DNA of 64,000 nt. Origin: Octopus sinensis (Eukaryota). The notes under the pieces were generated by a model. That model was not told the DNA's origin. It ran no database searches and worked only from the letters and a program-made list of their open reading frames with translations. Positions 26,331 to 39,642 of the stretch are shown piece by piece (within the stretch, counting starts at the first letter, position 1; each line of letters begins with the position of its first letter). The stretch lies in the NCBI RefSeq assembly GCF_006345805.1, contig NC_043009.1, positions 60,140,001 to 60,204,000 of the forward strand. The letters run 5' to 3'. A program made the translations under genes and the position numbers.

Positions 26331-26701
26331 ATATATATATACATACACACACACACATATATATATATATATGCATATATATATTCATTCATAAAACACA
26401 CATACATATACACACGCACATATGCATACAAATGTAAGCAAATATATATGCACGTATCTGTATATATGCATGCATATATATATATCAATACACATACACA
26501 CATGCACACACACATACATTTATATACACACACATATACATACACATACAAACATATATTCCAACATACACAAACACGCATATACGCGCACACATATACG
26601 AATATATACATACATATATATCAATACACACACATACATACATACATACATACATACACACAAATACATGTATACATAGATGCATGCATAAACATACATA
26701 A

Positions 26702-26732
<31 letters not shown>

Positions 26733-26802
26733 CATACACACATACGTACATACATACATACATACATATATACATACATACATACATATATACATACATA
26801 CA

Positions 26803-26836
<34 letters not shown>

Positions 26837-26874
26837 CATACATACATACGTACATACATACATACATACATACA

Positions 26875-26908
<34 letters not shown>

Positions 26909-26986
26909 CATACATACATACATACATACATACATACACACATACATACATATATACATACATACATACATACATACATGCATACA

Positions 26987-27018
<32 letters not shown>

Positions 27019-27324
27019 CACACACACACACACACATACATACATACATACATACATACATACATACATACATACATACATACTTGCTATATATATACAC
27101 AATTTTCTTCGGCTTACATCATATCTTTGCTAGTCGGGTAATTACAGTCTCTATAACCCTCTGTTAAGTTAGCCTCATGCATGAACGTTAGAATTCTAAC
27201 GAGCAATAATTATGCGGTGAGGAAAACATCTCTGGGTTACATATCGATCATTCACCTTACTCTAAATTTATCTATATAACCTTCTATCTATCTATCTGTC
27301 TATCTATCTATCTATATATATTAT

Positions 27325-27413
<89 letters not shown>

Positions 27414-27578
27414 TATATTATATATACACACACATACACACATATATATATATATATGTCTCTGTGTGTGTGTATGTATGTATGTATGTATATGAATAGG
27501 CATACATAATCATACATGTGTGTTTGTGTGCATATGTATATATGTGTATATAGATATGTATACATATATACATATATA

Positions 27579-27642
<64 letters not shown>

Positions 27643-27660
27643 CGGTAAATATGCTTATAT
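26160..27660. repeat. Large compound (TA)n/(CATA)n/(CA)n low-complexity block
   Basis: Direct reading; source of the 339-aa and other H/T/Y/I and C/M/Y/V ORFs. Confidence 0.95.
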
Positions 27661-27977
27661 ATTTAAATGTGTGGGGTGCGCGCGTGCGCTCTTTCTCTGT
27701 ATATTCCATTCTCTTGAGAATAGAATAAGCAGAGCAAGAGCACATACGAAGACGGAAAGTGTCGATGAGGAGGTCACAGATGTGTAACGAAAGATTTCCG
27801 GGCAATGGAGTTAGAATAAGAACAATAATAAATGAGTGAAGAACGAATATTTAGTCTGTGTGTTTATTTGGCAAAAAAAAAATGACCATCCCGAAATACA
27901 GCAATATCCGTTTCAACACACGATTTCACATCAAGAAATTTGCAACACAAATTCATAAACGTGTGTGTGTGTGTGTA

Positions 27978-29150
27978 CGAGATCGATTCGAAATGTTCCC
28001 GGATTAGTTATGCTTAATACAAAAAAAACATCTTAGTTTGCTAAGTTTTAACATCATCTTCTTTGAAATAGTCATCCTGTGCAGCAATACACCGGTCCCA
28101 GCGTTTCTGCCACTTTTGGAATGCGGCCTGTTAGTCGCTTTCCGTTAGCAAGTCGAGGATTTCTCTAATTCGTTCTAGATCTCAACAGCTGTGTTAAAAC
28201 GGCGACCTTTGAACTGCATTTTCATTTTGGGGGAAGAGATGGATGTCCGCAGGTGCAAAATCTGGCGAATATGGCGGGTGCGGAAGCGACACCATGTTGT
28301 TTTTTTGTTTTTTTTTTTTGGCGAGAAGCTCACAAGTAAAGAAAGCACTGTCGTCGTGAAGAATCCAATTCTTTGAGCTTCACACATCCGATTGCTTTTG
28401 TGGAATGACCAACCTCAAACGCTTCAAAATGTCCCCTCAATGTAGAACTCGCAATTGACGGTCTGACCCTGAAGAACGAATTCTCGACCCACAATACCAC
28501 ATTTCCTGGGGTGACACTCGTAGCAGGTCTTCCAGATTGCTCATCGTATTCCAGGGATGTTCTCCTGCTTTTGAAGCGCCCGTACCCTTCGAAATATTGC
28601 ATACGACCCATTGCTACATCGCCGTAAGCTTGCGGAAGCATGCTTAATGTTTCTTATTTCTTTATTGCTCACAAGGGGCTAAACATTGAGGGGACAAACA
28701 AGGACAGACAAACGGATTAAGTCGATTACATCGACCCCAGTGCGTAACTAGTACTTAAATTATCGACCCCGAAAGGATGAAAGGCAAAGTCGACCTCGGC
28801 GGAATTTGAACTCAGAACGTAGCGGCAGATGAAATGCCGCTAAGCATTTCGTCCGGCGTGCTAACGATTCTGCCAGCTCGCCGCCCTAGCATGCTTAACG
28901 TTTCTATAGTAAACTTGTCAAGTTTAACGCAAAATTTCACCTTTACTTTTTGTACCTGTCCATAACAAAATCGCAAGTAACATCAAACACGTGATCACAA
29001 AAACACAAATTTTGCGAAGAGAACATAGCAATGTCACTCGACACACTGCCTCATGAAGGTCACTGCTAGAATTCACAGCGCACGCAACCGTATGCTGTTA
29101 TCTGTTGGCACACTACAGAACTTGTCCTGGAACTTTTTCATGCCACCTCA
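27978..29150 (-). mobile_element. Internally deleted mariner element split by a SINE
   Basis: KVKFCVKLDKFTIETLSML|PQAYGD...EQSGRPATS (HTH; the SINE sits in SML) and YSPDFAPADIHLFPKMKMQFKGRRF (C-terminal motif). Degenerate TIRs flanked by TA (27976-27977 / 29151-29152). Confidence 0.88.
28655..28887 (-). mobile_element. Family-A SINE inserted in the mariner HTH
   Basis: 18-bp TSD agcatgcttaa[t/c]gtttct (28637-28654 / 28888-28905). Confidence 0.95.
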
Positions 29151-29529
29151 TATGTGTCTGTGTGTGTGTGCGTGTATGTACGTGTGTGTGTTTGAATAAA
29201 TCGCTTTTAACGTTGGAAGTCGAAATCAATAAAGCTGTTAATAATAGCGTGTACACACAGGGATAAGACCTTACTCAGGTGGAAAATAAACCGCCGGCTT
29301 CCCTTTGGTATTTTACGAATATTTACACTCTATTATGAATACCTTCATAACGATTTATTCCATATCTCATAAAATTTCTAACTTCTCTACATGTAAACCT
29401 ATACGCGTGTGTTTGTGTATGAATTCATGTGTTTATATATGTGTGTCTGTGTGTTTGTATGTGTGTGAGTGAGTGTGTGTGTTTGTGTCTATACATAAAT
29501 TATATATCTTCAATCTTCTATTATCTTCC

Positions 29530-30432
29530 ATATGTTTCAGTCGTTAAACTGCGGCCAGGCTGGGGCACCGCCTTGAATTTTTAGTCGAATGAATCTACCC
29601 CAGTACTTGTTTTTTTAAGCCTGGTACTTATTCTATCGATCTCTTTTGTCAAACTGCTAAGATATAGGGACGTAAACACACCAGCAACGGTTGTCAAGCG
29701 GTGATGGGAAGAACAAACACAGACACAAAAACATACTCATACATATATATATATATATATATAATGAAAATAGTAATGCAATACGAGAGTATTGCTTTCC
29801 AGTAAAGGATAGCCCGTGAGGGTAAAATTATACATAAAAGTAAATAAATGGTACAACGAAGCACCGATATTTAATGGAAAATAGCGACGTAATAAATACG
29901 ACGCTAATGTATAGCTTCACTGCGTATGTACTAGTAAAGATGCGTGTGAGCAACAAACATGAAAAAAATTGTCTTACCTCTAGGAAGAACATCTGAAAAA
30001 TGAAAAGCCTAGATAACGGATAATGCAGTACCGGTTTCGGATTTTTCAAAATACGCTTGCCAAACGTATATTTGATTTATCTTCATCAGCTGCATAAACC
30101 TCGACAATATTTCAAATTTGCCACATCTATGCCAGTACACTCGTCTGAACGCCAAAACGCATCTTTACTAGTACATACGCAGTGAAGCTATACATTAGCG
30201 TCGTATTTATTACGTTCGCTATGTTCCAGTAAATATCGGTGCTTCGTTGTACCATTTATTTACTTTTATAGATATATATATATTTATATATGCATACATA
30301 TATGACGGGCTTCTTTTAGCTACCGTCTACCAAATCCACTCAAAAGGCTTTGGTCGTTCTGAGGCTATAGTAGGAGACACTTGCTCAAGGTACCATGCAG
30401 TGGGACTGAACCCACAAACTTCTTACCACACC
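29530..30432 (-). mobile_element. Family-C SINE split into a 3' half (~29530-29735) and a 5' half (~30300-30432) by an insertion in its internal microsatellite
   Basis: Both halves match family C in the correct order and orientation on either side of the 29763-30270 element. Confidence 0.75.
29763..30270 (-). mobile_element. Non-autonomous element with 112-bp asymmetric inverted repeats and a terminal stem-loop (Helentron/HINE-like, or a MITE)
   Basis: Near-perfect inverted arms 29834-29945 / 30157-30269, plus ~70 bp on one side containing hairpin gcaatac-gaga-gtattgc (29778-29795). Confidence 0.75.
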
Positions 30433-30511
30433 TGCCCCGATATATAAATTGTACAAGGATTTTCTAAAATCCTTGCACAGTTTATAAAATGTTATGACTT
30501 CAGTTCTATGT

Positions 30512-30815
30512 TTTTTGTTCCTTCTCGAGCCACACCTGGCTCATAAGGGCGTGTTTCCCGGTTTCTTTGGCGTATAGGTTCCCCACCTGGACGGGACGCC
30601 GGTCCGTCGCAGGTGAGCTGCAAGATGCAGGAGGAAAGAGTGAGAGAAAGTTGTGACGAAAGAGTCAGCAGAAGTTCGCCATTACCTTCTGCCGGAGCCA
30701 CGTGTAGCTTAGGTGTTTGGCTCATAAACACACACATCGCCCGGTCTGAGATTCAAACCCGCGATCCCTCGACCGCGAGTCCGCTGCTCTAACCACTAGG
30801 CCATGTGCCTCCACA
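30512..30815 (-). mobile_element. Family-B SINE, full length
   Basis: 11-bp TSD cagttctatgt (30501-30511 / 30816-30826). Confidence 0.95.
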
Positions 30816-31384
30816 CAGTTCTATGTGAAAAACTTAATCAATGGAAAGTGTACAGAAGCCTTATCCATCCACCTTGTCTTCGTTACTAAAAATATTTATT
30901 ATAATTGGTTTAATTTTTACTTCTTATGAGATTTAGAGTTAAGTGAAACTCTACTGCAAAACGTATTCTTAAAATTTCAGAATTAAATCGGAGTTTGTAT
31001 AATGACAGTGGAAACGTTAAAGATTTATGACGTCGGGAATCGCTCTATTTTTAAAATGTTAAATTTCCACTGATTAACTTTATATATATATATATTTGTG
31101 TGTGTGCATGTATGATGTACAGAGAGAATGGAGAGAAGATAGAATCATCCGTAATTCCAGGTCCATGCCGAATTATCCATTTTACTGGATTAAAGCAAGT
31201 CACGTTATAGTAATTCTGAGTAAATTCCTAGAAGACTGCTATAATGTTATCAATAACTTTTCGCCACTAACCCTCGAGAACACATCTTTGTTTATTCCCT
31301 AGAAATCTGTTATAAAGTTGAGAGAGTTCTTCCAACAGTTCAGCTGTAGTGATATGAAGGAGCAAATATCTAAATAATACAATC

Positions 31385-31583
31385 TAATGGTAATGTTCAT
31401 GATGATGACGGTGATTTTTGAAGGCGGTAACTATGGTGTTGGTGTTGATCGTGACGACAGTTGAAAAAATGAGGAAGATGATGATAGAGATGATGATGAT
31501 GATGATGAGGAGGAGGAGGAGGAGGAGGAGGATGATAATGATGATGATGAGGATGACGATGATGATGATCAAGGATGATGATG

Positions 31584-31623
<40 letters not shown>

Positions 31624-31697
31624 CGACGACGATGATGATCAAGGATGATGAAGATGATGATGATGAAGAGGAGGAGAATGATGATGACGACGAAGAC

Positions 31698-31730
<33 letters not shown>

Positions 31731-31875
31731 GATGATGATGATGATGATGATGATGATGACAATGATGATGATGATGATGATGATCAAGGATGATGAGGAT
31801 GATGATGATGAAGATGATGATGATGAGGATAGGGATGATGATGATGATGATTATGATGATGATGGCAACCCTACT
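31385..31875 (+). repeat. (GAT)n/(GAG)n trinucleotide low-complexity block with recurring ATCAAGG interruption
   Basis: ATCAAGG at 31568, 31638 and 31783 indicates internal higher-order duplications. Confidence 0.92.
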
Positions 31876-32349
31876 ACGACAATGATGATACTAAGTAGGA
31901 GGAGGCGGCAGAAGAAGAGGGGGGAGGAGGAGAAAGTGAAATATAAGGAGGAGAGGGAGGAGAGTTGTTGGAGAAGCGGAGGGTAATGATGGTGATGATA
32001 ATGACGATAATGATGATAATCAGAAACGAGATGCTGTAGATGGCGGCTTTGTAAAAGAAATTTGTTATCAATGGAAAAGAAACTTATTTCCAGGAATAAC
32101 CTCTGGCATTAATTTTCAGATTTTCGAATCGATAAAGACGGATTATTTAAACTTAATACCCCACCCCCACAAATCTCATCGTCTACCAGATGCCAGACTT
32201 TATATAAGTAAAATGAAAATATAAAAGTAGCAGAGAAAAAAAACGAAAATTAAATGAAATATTTTCTCAAAAATTTATGATAAAAAACAAAAAAAAAACA
32301 AAAAGAAAGAAAATGTCTGCTGAAAGTGTATTAAACGGTTTTTTGTGTA

Positions 32350-32615
32350 TGTGGATGCAATCATCATCATCGTCATTGTTTTCATTGTCATCATCATCAT
32401 AAGCATCATAAGCATCATAATCATCATCATCATAATCATCATCATCATTATAATAATAATAATAATCATCATCATCATCATCATCATCATATTCATCGTC
32501 GTCCTCATCTTCCTCTACATCATCATCATTATCGTCGTTGTCCTCAACTTTTCTACATCATCATCATCATCATCATCATCGTCATCATCATCATCATCAT
32601 CATCATCACCATCAT
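32350..32615 (+). repeat. (CAT)n trinucleotide block
   Basis: Direct reading; complementary to the 31385-31875 block. Confidence 0.92.
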
Positions 32616-32768
32616 CAGGAAAATGAAAATCAAACTTGAGATCGTTATCCCTATCATCACCATGGATTTGTGGCTAAGTTCGTTTCACTATAAAATATAA
32701 AAAGATCTTTCTTGATCCAGGCACGTGTCACATGACAGTTACTGGCAACGATGCTGTACTTTCTTTCT

Positions 32769-32800
32769 TAACATATATATGTGTGTGTGTGCGTGTGTGC

Positions 32801-32833
<33 letters not shown>

Positions 32834-33266
32834 CATACACCCTGCATATAAACACACACACATACACATGTCTACTACTACTACTACACTACTACTACTA
32901 CTACTATTGGTTGTCCCGTAGAACTTGGGGAGCACACTCCATTATATTCTACATGATACATATTGTGTTTTGTAATAGAATTGGCAGTATTTTGCGGGAG
33001 CAGTTTACAGATTAACGGTAGGCAGGGGATGAGATGATCATTAGACGGTTCAATTGGATAATTATTCTGTTGGATAATTATTCTGTCGGTAAGACGCCAT
33101 CTAAGGTAATTGGTCCGAATTGTTCAAGACAAGTGTTGAAGACACTGATGCAGTATCCAAATGCCAATCACCAATGTTCTGGGAACGTTGTCAATGTCAG
33201 GAATTTTACTCATTTCGAACCTCGAAAGTAAGTTTCGAATCATCGTCATTATTCTTAGTTTAAACC

Positions 33267-33309
<43 letters not shown>

Positions 33310-33362
33310 TAGTAGTAGTAGTAGTGGTAGTGGTGGTGGTGGTGGTGGCGGCGGCGGCGGCG

Positions 33363-33397
<35 letters not shown>

Positions 33398-33471
33398 CAT
33401 GTGCATGTGTGTCTGTTTATATGCAGGGTGTATGCACACTCACACACGCACCCACATATATATATGTGTTA
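32769..33471. repeat. Inverted duplication with microsatellite-rich arms around a ~350-bp spacer
   Basis: Unique core gtgcatacaccctgcatataaaca...catgtctac (32831-32875) is inverted at 33393-33437. Both (CTA)n tracts share the same acact interruption and both end in tggtt/aacca. Confidence 0.88.
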
Positions 33472-33474
33472 TAT

Positions 33475-33605
33475 AGACGACGGGCTTCCACACAATTTCC
33501 ATTTACTAAATTCATTCATATATCATTGCTCGGCCTGGAACTCTATACCATGCAGTGGGACTGAACTTGAAACTATGCAGGTGGAAAGCGAGCGTCTTAA
33601 ACATA
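33475..33605 (-). mobile_element. Degraded family-C SINE 5' half
   Basis: gacgacgggcttc...catgcagtgggactgaac matches the family-C reverse strand. Confidence 0.65.
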
Positions 33606-34199
33606 CGACCATATTTGGTGCACATAATTTGTATTATATGTCTATACAAATGGTTTGTTAATAACTTGTTTTCATAAAGTGTTCAGCAGTCAACCGTGAG
33701 ATTCATTATTGCGGCTGAGCTTCCAAAATTATGGCTTAATGAAGTAGACAACAAAATTTAAAACAACAGGTAATTAAATATTTGTTTATCATGTAAGCAA
33801 TGGGAGGCCAAATGGCATCTAAAACTCCATTATTAAGGTTTTTTTTTTTAGTAAAATTATTAAAAAAATTTAATAGAACTTATGTTTCTGTCAAAGAATT
33901 TAGTAAATATTTCAAGTAAATAGCAATTAAAATGGTTTCTTTAAAAACAAACTGATTATTATAAGAATTATGATAAGCACGTCTTATATTTTTTCCATGA
34001 AACTTGTTGTAAACGTATGCTTGATTCTATCCAACGGGGAAACAAATTTAATTGAGGGATTTACTATTAGCTATTCAAAATCCATATTGCAAACATTTTA
34101 ATACTCAGACCAACAAACATCTTTCTTTTTTTCTGCTAATGTTGCTATTGACGCTGTTACTATTGTTGTTGCTGTTGCTTTCTGAATATAATGTTAATG

Positions 34200-35810
34200 A
34201 TGGGGTGTCAATAACGTAAAAAGGAAAAAGAGAAGCAGAACAATGTTGGGAGAGAATAATTTTTGTTCGAAATGATTAAAGAGAAATGCACGTGTCTAAT
34301 TTGTCGCGCAGATATCGCTGAACCAGAGTGAAACAAAGAGGAAAGACATGTTAATACTGTTCATAAAACATTCGCAAATAATTTGGAAATGGGGAAAAAC
34401 AGAAGCAAAAGAATTTATTCCAAGCTTAGAAATGCAACAATCGTTTTTTCGAAGTGTCATATTTTATATCTCTGACGATTACTATTGAATCATTTCAGGT
34501 TTCGCACGTAATTGCGAAAAATAGTACAAACCATTCAAATGGTGAGATAATGAAGACAACTTCACTGGACGCCAGCGAAAAATTTGAAAAATTTAAAAAC
34601 CAAGTAAAATATAATAGATATTGCCGGTATCAACTAATGCTCTGACTAGAAGAATTAAAATAATTTTAGATGACTTGACTAATAAATTACATTATTTCAG
34701 GGTGTAAAAATAATTTTTATCACCAATAGATGAATCAACAGATATTACCAACGTGACACAAATGTTCATTTATAATCGAATGGCGTTTGTCAATTGCACA
34801 ATTAAATATTTGTGTTAAACGTTGCCATTACAAACTTAAATTTGGTGAAAAGATATTTACGAATCATTTAGGAAAATGAGAAATACTGAGAGTAGAACAG
34901 TCAAGAAAAGACACCAATTACTGTACATGGCCATACTAAGCATGATACCACGCAACATAGGATTTATTGCTGTTTTCAAAAAAGGTTCCAAATTTTTCGA
35001 AATTTTACTCATTATCCACCAACAAAAATTATGTGGGAAGTTAAATAAAATGCAAGAAATAATCAATCTGGTATTATTAACTTTGGGTTAGGTTTCTGTA
35101 ATTCTAAAGCACCGATTCTAATCATAGCAATTTTCCACTGCATTCCAAGATCTGTTGGATAAGCAAAGGGTGTCAGAACGATTAAAACAATTTTTTTTTC
35201 AATGAAACGTCGATAACCATTAATTACGTAAACTGATTATTATATATAAAATCAATCTTAATATATATTCGATTACATAAACTGGTTATTTGATTTAAAT
35301 TATTTGCATATATTCCAGTTATTTTCAATAAACTGAACCTTGAGTTGCAAGATAGATATATGTATTAAGCAACGCAGCTTTGGAACCACTCTTAAAGGCA
35401 GCATTTCGAATATTTACCAATTCCCGGATTCAACATTTCCAAGAACACAATAAATAAACATATCAAAATTCAGCATTTATATTGAAATTTTAGAAACTCT
35501 AAAAAATGGACTTCAACGTTCATTTCTAAGATTTTGATCAACTAAAATCAATATTGGCACTTTTCCATATCCCTTCCGGGGAAATTGACTCAGAAATTGT
35601 TGCGAAGACAACAAATGTTCAATTTAAATGTGAAGTCACTAAGATTACAATTTTTGAAATATTTTTATTTCGCAAATACTCTTATATCTAAAATGCAGTA
35701 TTGATATTAAAGGTGTGTTTTTCTCCCACACAATATTTTCATGCATGGATACATTAAATTCTAAAGTAAGAAATACTTTAACAAATGAACTCCTACTAAT
35801 TGCTGAGGTC
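34200..35810 (+). mobile_element. Degraded hAT transposase of GTF2IRD2/EPM2AIP1-like type
   Basis: KEKCTCLICR (34278-34307), ESFQVSHVIAK, IDESTDITNVTQMFI (34726-34770; first catalytic D) and KVRNTLTNE (35763-35789; hATC dimerisation region); many stops. Confidence 0.8.
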
Positions 35811-36207
35811 TATTGTTGTCAAATTATACACGGAAATACAAACATCTAGCTAACAATATGTAATGCAAGTATGCATGTAATTGATTTCAGATAAATCATT
35901 TTCCTATTCTATTGTTAAAAACATACACATACAATACCAACAAGTGATGTACCATTGAGAGACTGTTCATTTTAAAACAGTTAAATATAAAGAATATAGC
36001 ATATTATTAGAGATGGTTATTATTAGAAATTTATATATGAGTTTGATTTTTCCGATTCCATTTAAGAAGAATAATTTTATGCCAGTGAAACAAATGTCAA
36101 GATGGAAACCTTTTCTCCCTTTTCGTTCGTAGAGTCTAATGCCTTCCCTGTGTGGTGGTCACTAGTGTGATGCTTTCATTTTCTGGCAACGGTATTTTTT
36201 ATGTTCC

Positions 36208-36812
36208 ATAAGGCGGTGAGCTGGCAGAATCGTGAGCACGGCGGACGAAATGCGTAGCCGTATTTCGTCTGCCACAACGTTCTGAGTTCAAATTCCTCCG
36301 AGGTCAACTTTGCCTTTCATCCTTTCGGGGTCGATTAAATAAGTACCAGTTACGCACTTGGGGTCGATATAATCGAATTAATCCGTTTGTGTGTCCTTGT
36401 TTGTCCTCTCTGTGTTTAGCCCCTTGTAGGTAGTAAAGAAATAGGTATTTCGTCTGCCGCTACGTTCTGAGTTCAAATTCTGCTGTGGTCGACTTTGCCT
36501 TTCATTCTTTCGAGGTCGATTAAATAAGTACTAGTTACGCACTGGGGTCTATATAATCGACTTAATCCGTTTGTCTGTCCTTGTTTTTCCTCTCTGTGTT
36601 TAGCCCATTGTGGGTAGTAAAGAAATAGGTATTTCGTCTGCCACTACGTTCTGAGTTCAAATTCTGCCGAGGTCAACTTTGCCTTTCATCCTTTCGGGGT
36701 CGATAAATTAAGTACCAGTTACGCACTGGGGGTCGATATAATCGACTTAATCCGTTTGTCTGTCCTTGTTTGTCCTCTCTGTGTTTAGCCCATTGTGGGT
36801 AGTAAAGAAATA
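36208..36812 (+). mobile_element. Family-A SINE trimer (one headed plus two headless monomers, ~185-bp period)
   Basis: Junctions aaagaaata|ggtatttcgtctg at 36444 and 36628. A 17-bp TSD ggtattttttatgttcc (36191-36207 / 36813-36829) flanks the whole array. Confidence 0.93.
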
Positions 36813-37632
36813 GGTATTTTTTATGTTCCTTCAGATGTTTTGTTATATTTTCCGTGTATTATTGCTACAATTTTTATTATTTTAATTTTTGGTGGCTTGT
36901 TTATTACAAATCTGTGTATATTTGCTATCGAGTGAAAAGCTGTAATTTTATTTCTTACATCTTTTCACCCCATACTTCATATGCTTCTTTTAAAACACAT
37001 GTAAGTTTCGGATATAATGATGCTGTTTAGTATACTTGTAACATTTCAAGGTAGTTTTCATTGATCCAGAGTTTTCTTTCAATTTTTTTTTTTTTTTTGA
37101 ACGGATACATTAAGACAGAACTATTTTATTTCTATTTGAACTTGCTCTTGTTGTTCTTGCGTGAACGTGTTGGCGTCTACGGACGCCTTACAAAACTTTA
37201 CAGTAAAATTGGATTCTATATCAAATAAAATTAATGGATGATACACCTCTTAAGAGCATTTTTAACGGGGGAAACCTCTTGAAGACGCTGGACAGCTAAT
37301 TCTATGCTGGTCTATCATTTATTTGAAAATTTTATTTTTCAGTTTTTCTTTATATCTAAATCAAAATGGCTTCCCAACAGAGAAACACTGCCTTACAAAG
37401 CTAAAAGTGAACGTGTCGATACAGAGGGGGGAAAAACATTAAAACAGAATAGGTTGAATTTGCCCGTGAATTGTATTCATAAGTTGTAGACACAGAAAAT
37501 AATATTTTAATGTTTTAAAATATCAATTTCAACAATTTGAGTGATGATATTAAAAGAACCACACAGACACACACGAACACACACACGCGCGCGCGCACAG
37601 ACGCACACCACACACACACATTCACGGATGTA

Positions 37633-37800
37633 GGTGCAAACTTGGCTGTGAGGTAAGAAGCTTGCTTCCCAACCACATAGTTCCGGGTTCAGTCCCACTG
37701 CATGAAACCACGGACAAGTGTTTTCTACAATAGTCCCGAGGCCGACCAGCCTTGTTAGTGAATTTGGTAGACGAAAACTGAAAGAAGCGCGTCCTATATA

Positions 37801-37840
<40 letters not shown>

Positions 37841-37932
37841 TGTGTTTGTGTGCTTGTATGTTTGTATGAGCATGTGTGCGTGTGTGTTTCTTTGTGTCTG
37901 TGTTTGCCACCTAACCCCCGGCAACGCTTGAG
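37633..37932 (+). mobile_element. Family-C SINE, 3'-truncated, with (TG)n core
   Basis: Matches family C up to gcaacgcttgagaa. Confidence 0.85.
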
Positions 37933-38298
37933 AATCATGACTAATTATTCACTAGTATAGCAGATAGCCGACGGACTGACTAAAAATTAGTAATTAGATA
38001 CTTAAGCAGTATTAATACAATAGCGATCTGTATACCCAACTTAACATAAGTATACAAAAAGAACGCCATAACACAGCGGTATTCTTTACTAATTTCTACT
38101 CAGCCCGCTAGGACTTTGTGACACTAGTAAATTATTAGTCACTGTTTTTCTATATCAGTAGAGGTGAGGTTTAGTTAGCATGTTGTTGATGACGTACAAA
38201 CGCGCAGAAATCACGTTCATTTGGATATGCAAGTTGCTATTCGGCACAAAAATTGCTTCCATCGCTAATAGCTAATACATTCATACAAATATCTATAA

Positions 38299-38329
<31 letters not shown>

Positions 38330-39605
38330 GTGTGTGTGTGTGTGCGTTTGTGTGTAGGTGTATATATAATATATATATATATACTTGCATACATGTATAC
38401 ATACATACTCACCCCACCCCATACACAAACATACAAGTGGAGAAGGAGGGTGTAAGTTTGAGAGTACTAGTGGGTGGATGTGAAAAATGGATACGTGAAG
38501 GCATGTGCATATCTGCGTCTTGGTGTCAAAGAAACACTCAGGTGAACGAATGGGGGTATGTGTATATGCGTAAGTTGATGTGCATAGGTAGGTGTGTGCC
38601 TTCATGCCAGTGCATGTGGGTATGTACCTGTATGCCGGTGTGTATGCATGTCAAAGAGACAATATTGTAGATAGATAGAAGTGTATGCTTGTGAATAAAG
38701 TATAGGAATAACAGGAAAGTGTATTTGAAGGGGCGGCTGCATGTGTCGGAGTATGTATGTATGTGTGAGAATGATGAGTGTTAATACATGGGTAAGGGAG
38801 GATGGTAGAAGGTGTGAACGGACTGAAGGGGCTGTGAAGAAGTAGGGGAGGAAGGAAAGGATATGTGAAATTCTGGAAGAATTAGGGAAAGCGCTAGTTA
38901 AAAATAATCAGGTGGTGAATTTTAAGATCAAAGCGTGAGCATTTGGAGAGGGAAGTTGAGCACTCTTTCTCTCAGGAGGCGAGTGGTAGGGGACCCTATT
39001 TTGAAAACCAAGCTGAAGATGTGTTGTAGGGTAGTTTGAATTTAAGTCGCAAGTCAATGGAACGAAATAGCACAGAAACACACCTGGTGTTATCCTAAAT
39101 ACAAATGTGCGCCATTTTAGAGGACAGGCTCACAAGGGACTGCGTTAATAAGCAATGGAGTCAAGTATACAGATGCGGAAAAATTCGCATTATGAATGTG
39201 TGCGTGTCAGTGTGCGTATGTGTGTATGTATGTATGTATGTATGCATGCATGTATGTATGTATGTATTATGTATGTATGTATGTATGTATGTATGTATGT
39301 ATGTATGTATGTATGTATATACATTGGCGAGTGGACCAAGGAAAAATGGAAACACTACCAGGGCCAGTAGACCAACGTAACATGTAAACACAACCAGGAT
39401 TACCCTGATTCTAAATATGTGATATATGAGGTTGTCTGAATATGTTCCACAAACAAGTGGGGCAAAGTAAAATGGAAACACTCCAGGAATATTCTGTTCC
39501 GAATATGTCCCCTTGCCCCAGCCTCGTGCTGACTACAATCCAGAAAAACCATGTAAACACATGGTTATAGCCTTTAGAAGTATGAATTATATATCTATCT
39601 ATCTG

Positions 39606-39639
<34 letters not shown>

Positions 39640-39642
<3 letters not shown>

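Noticed and set aside
26148-27167. 339-aa ORF and the many H/T/Y/I or C/V/M/Y ORFs across the window
   Set aside because: Translations of (TA)n/(CATA)n/(CA)n microsatellites that lack stops by composition.
31575-31793. Poly-Asp ORF suggestive of an acidic biomineral protein
   Set aside because: The (GAT)n tract is open in multiple frames, with no signal peptide, splice context or unique flanking coding sequence.
36208-36812. CRISPR-like or satellite array
   Set aside because: Units are ~185-bp SINE monomers without unique spacers, in a eukaryotic context.
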